From Candidatus Thermosaccharophagus tengchongensis (GTDB taxonomy: Bacteria > Armatimonadota > Fervidibacteria > Fervidibacterales > Thermosaccharophagaceae), in assembly GCA_032161105.1 (NCBI GenBank), contig JAVHTD010000030.1: a stretch of DNA of 27,123 nt; one strand, written 5' to 3'. A program made the position numbers and the translations under genes. Position 1 is the first letter of the stretch, and each line of letters begins with the position of its first letter. Positions 26,998 through 27,123 of this stretch are shown piece by piece. The notes under the pieces are model-generated. The model worked only from the letters and a program-made list of their open reading frames with translations. It ran no database searches and was not told the DNA's origin.

Positions 26998-27123
26998 GTT
27001 GCAATCGCACCATAGTGGGATTGAAAGCACGACAAATCTCCAACACAATGACCACCACCTCTCCCATTTCACCTTGGTTGCAATCGCACCATAGTGGGAT
27101 TGAAAGCTTGTTCAAAAAATGCA

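Larger units (their letters stand above)
26736..27123 (+). CRISPR. CRISPR array, 30-bp repeat GTTGCAATCGCACCATAGTGGGATTGAAAG, four identical copies, truncated by window end
   Basis: Repeats at 26736-26765, 26800-26829, 26998-27027 and 27077-27106; spacers of 34 and 49 bp plus a 168-bp anomalous interval; 3' ATTGAAAG handle typical of Cas6-processed type I-B/III repeats. Confidence 0.93.

Overview
Bacterial chromosomal window, probably a whole contig because it is cut inside serS on the left and inside a CRISPR array on the right. Gene content suggests an anaerobic or facultative sugar degrader; taxonomy cannot be fixed from sequence alone. The + strand block (1-16838) holds serS (partial), GT4 / divergent MurJ / GT4, lipB, a membrane protein, ribH, a glucuronokinase-like GHMP kinase, an alpha/beta hydrolase, a large secreted FAD oxidoreductase, a three-repeat QueG/reductive-dehalogenase-like Fe-S protein, a UxuB-like SDR and a UroD/MtaA-family protein. 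A convergent - strand run (24481 to 16986) reads fhs, fused MNT-HEPN, Tat-less group-1a-like [NiFe]-hydrogenase small and large subunits, maturation protease, a REP doublet, metV and metF. This is a candidate direct H2 to methylene-THF reductase module. After a divergent control region with paired palindromic operators come a sugar-phosphate isomerase and an amidohydrolase-fold protein lacking its metal ligands, whose 3' end runs into an unusual split CRISPR locus: repeat-spacer-repeat, a 168-bp promoter and pseudo-repeat insert, then the array resumes. No cas genes are in the window. All calls come from motif reading; no database searches were run.
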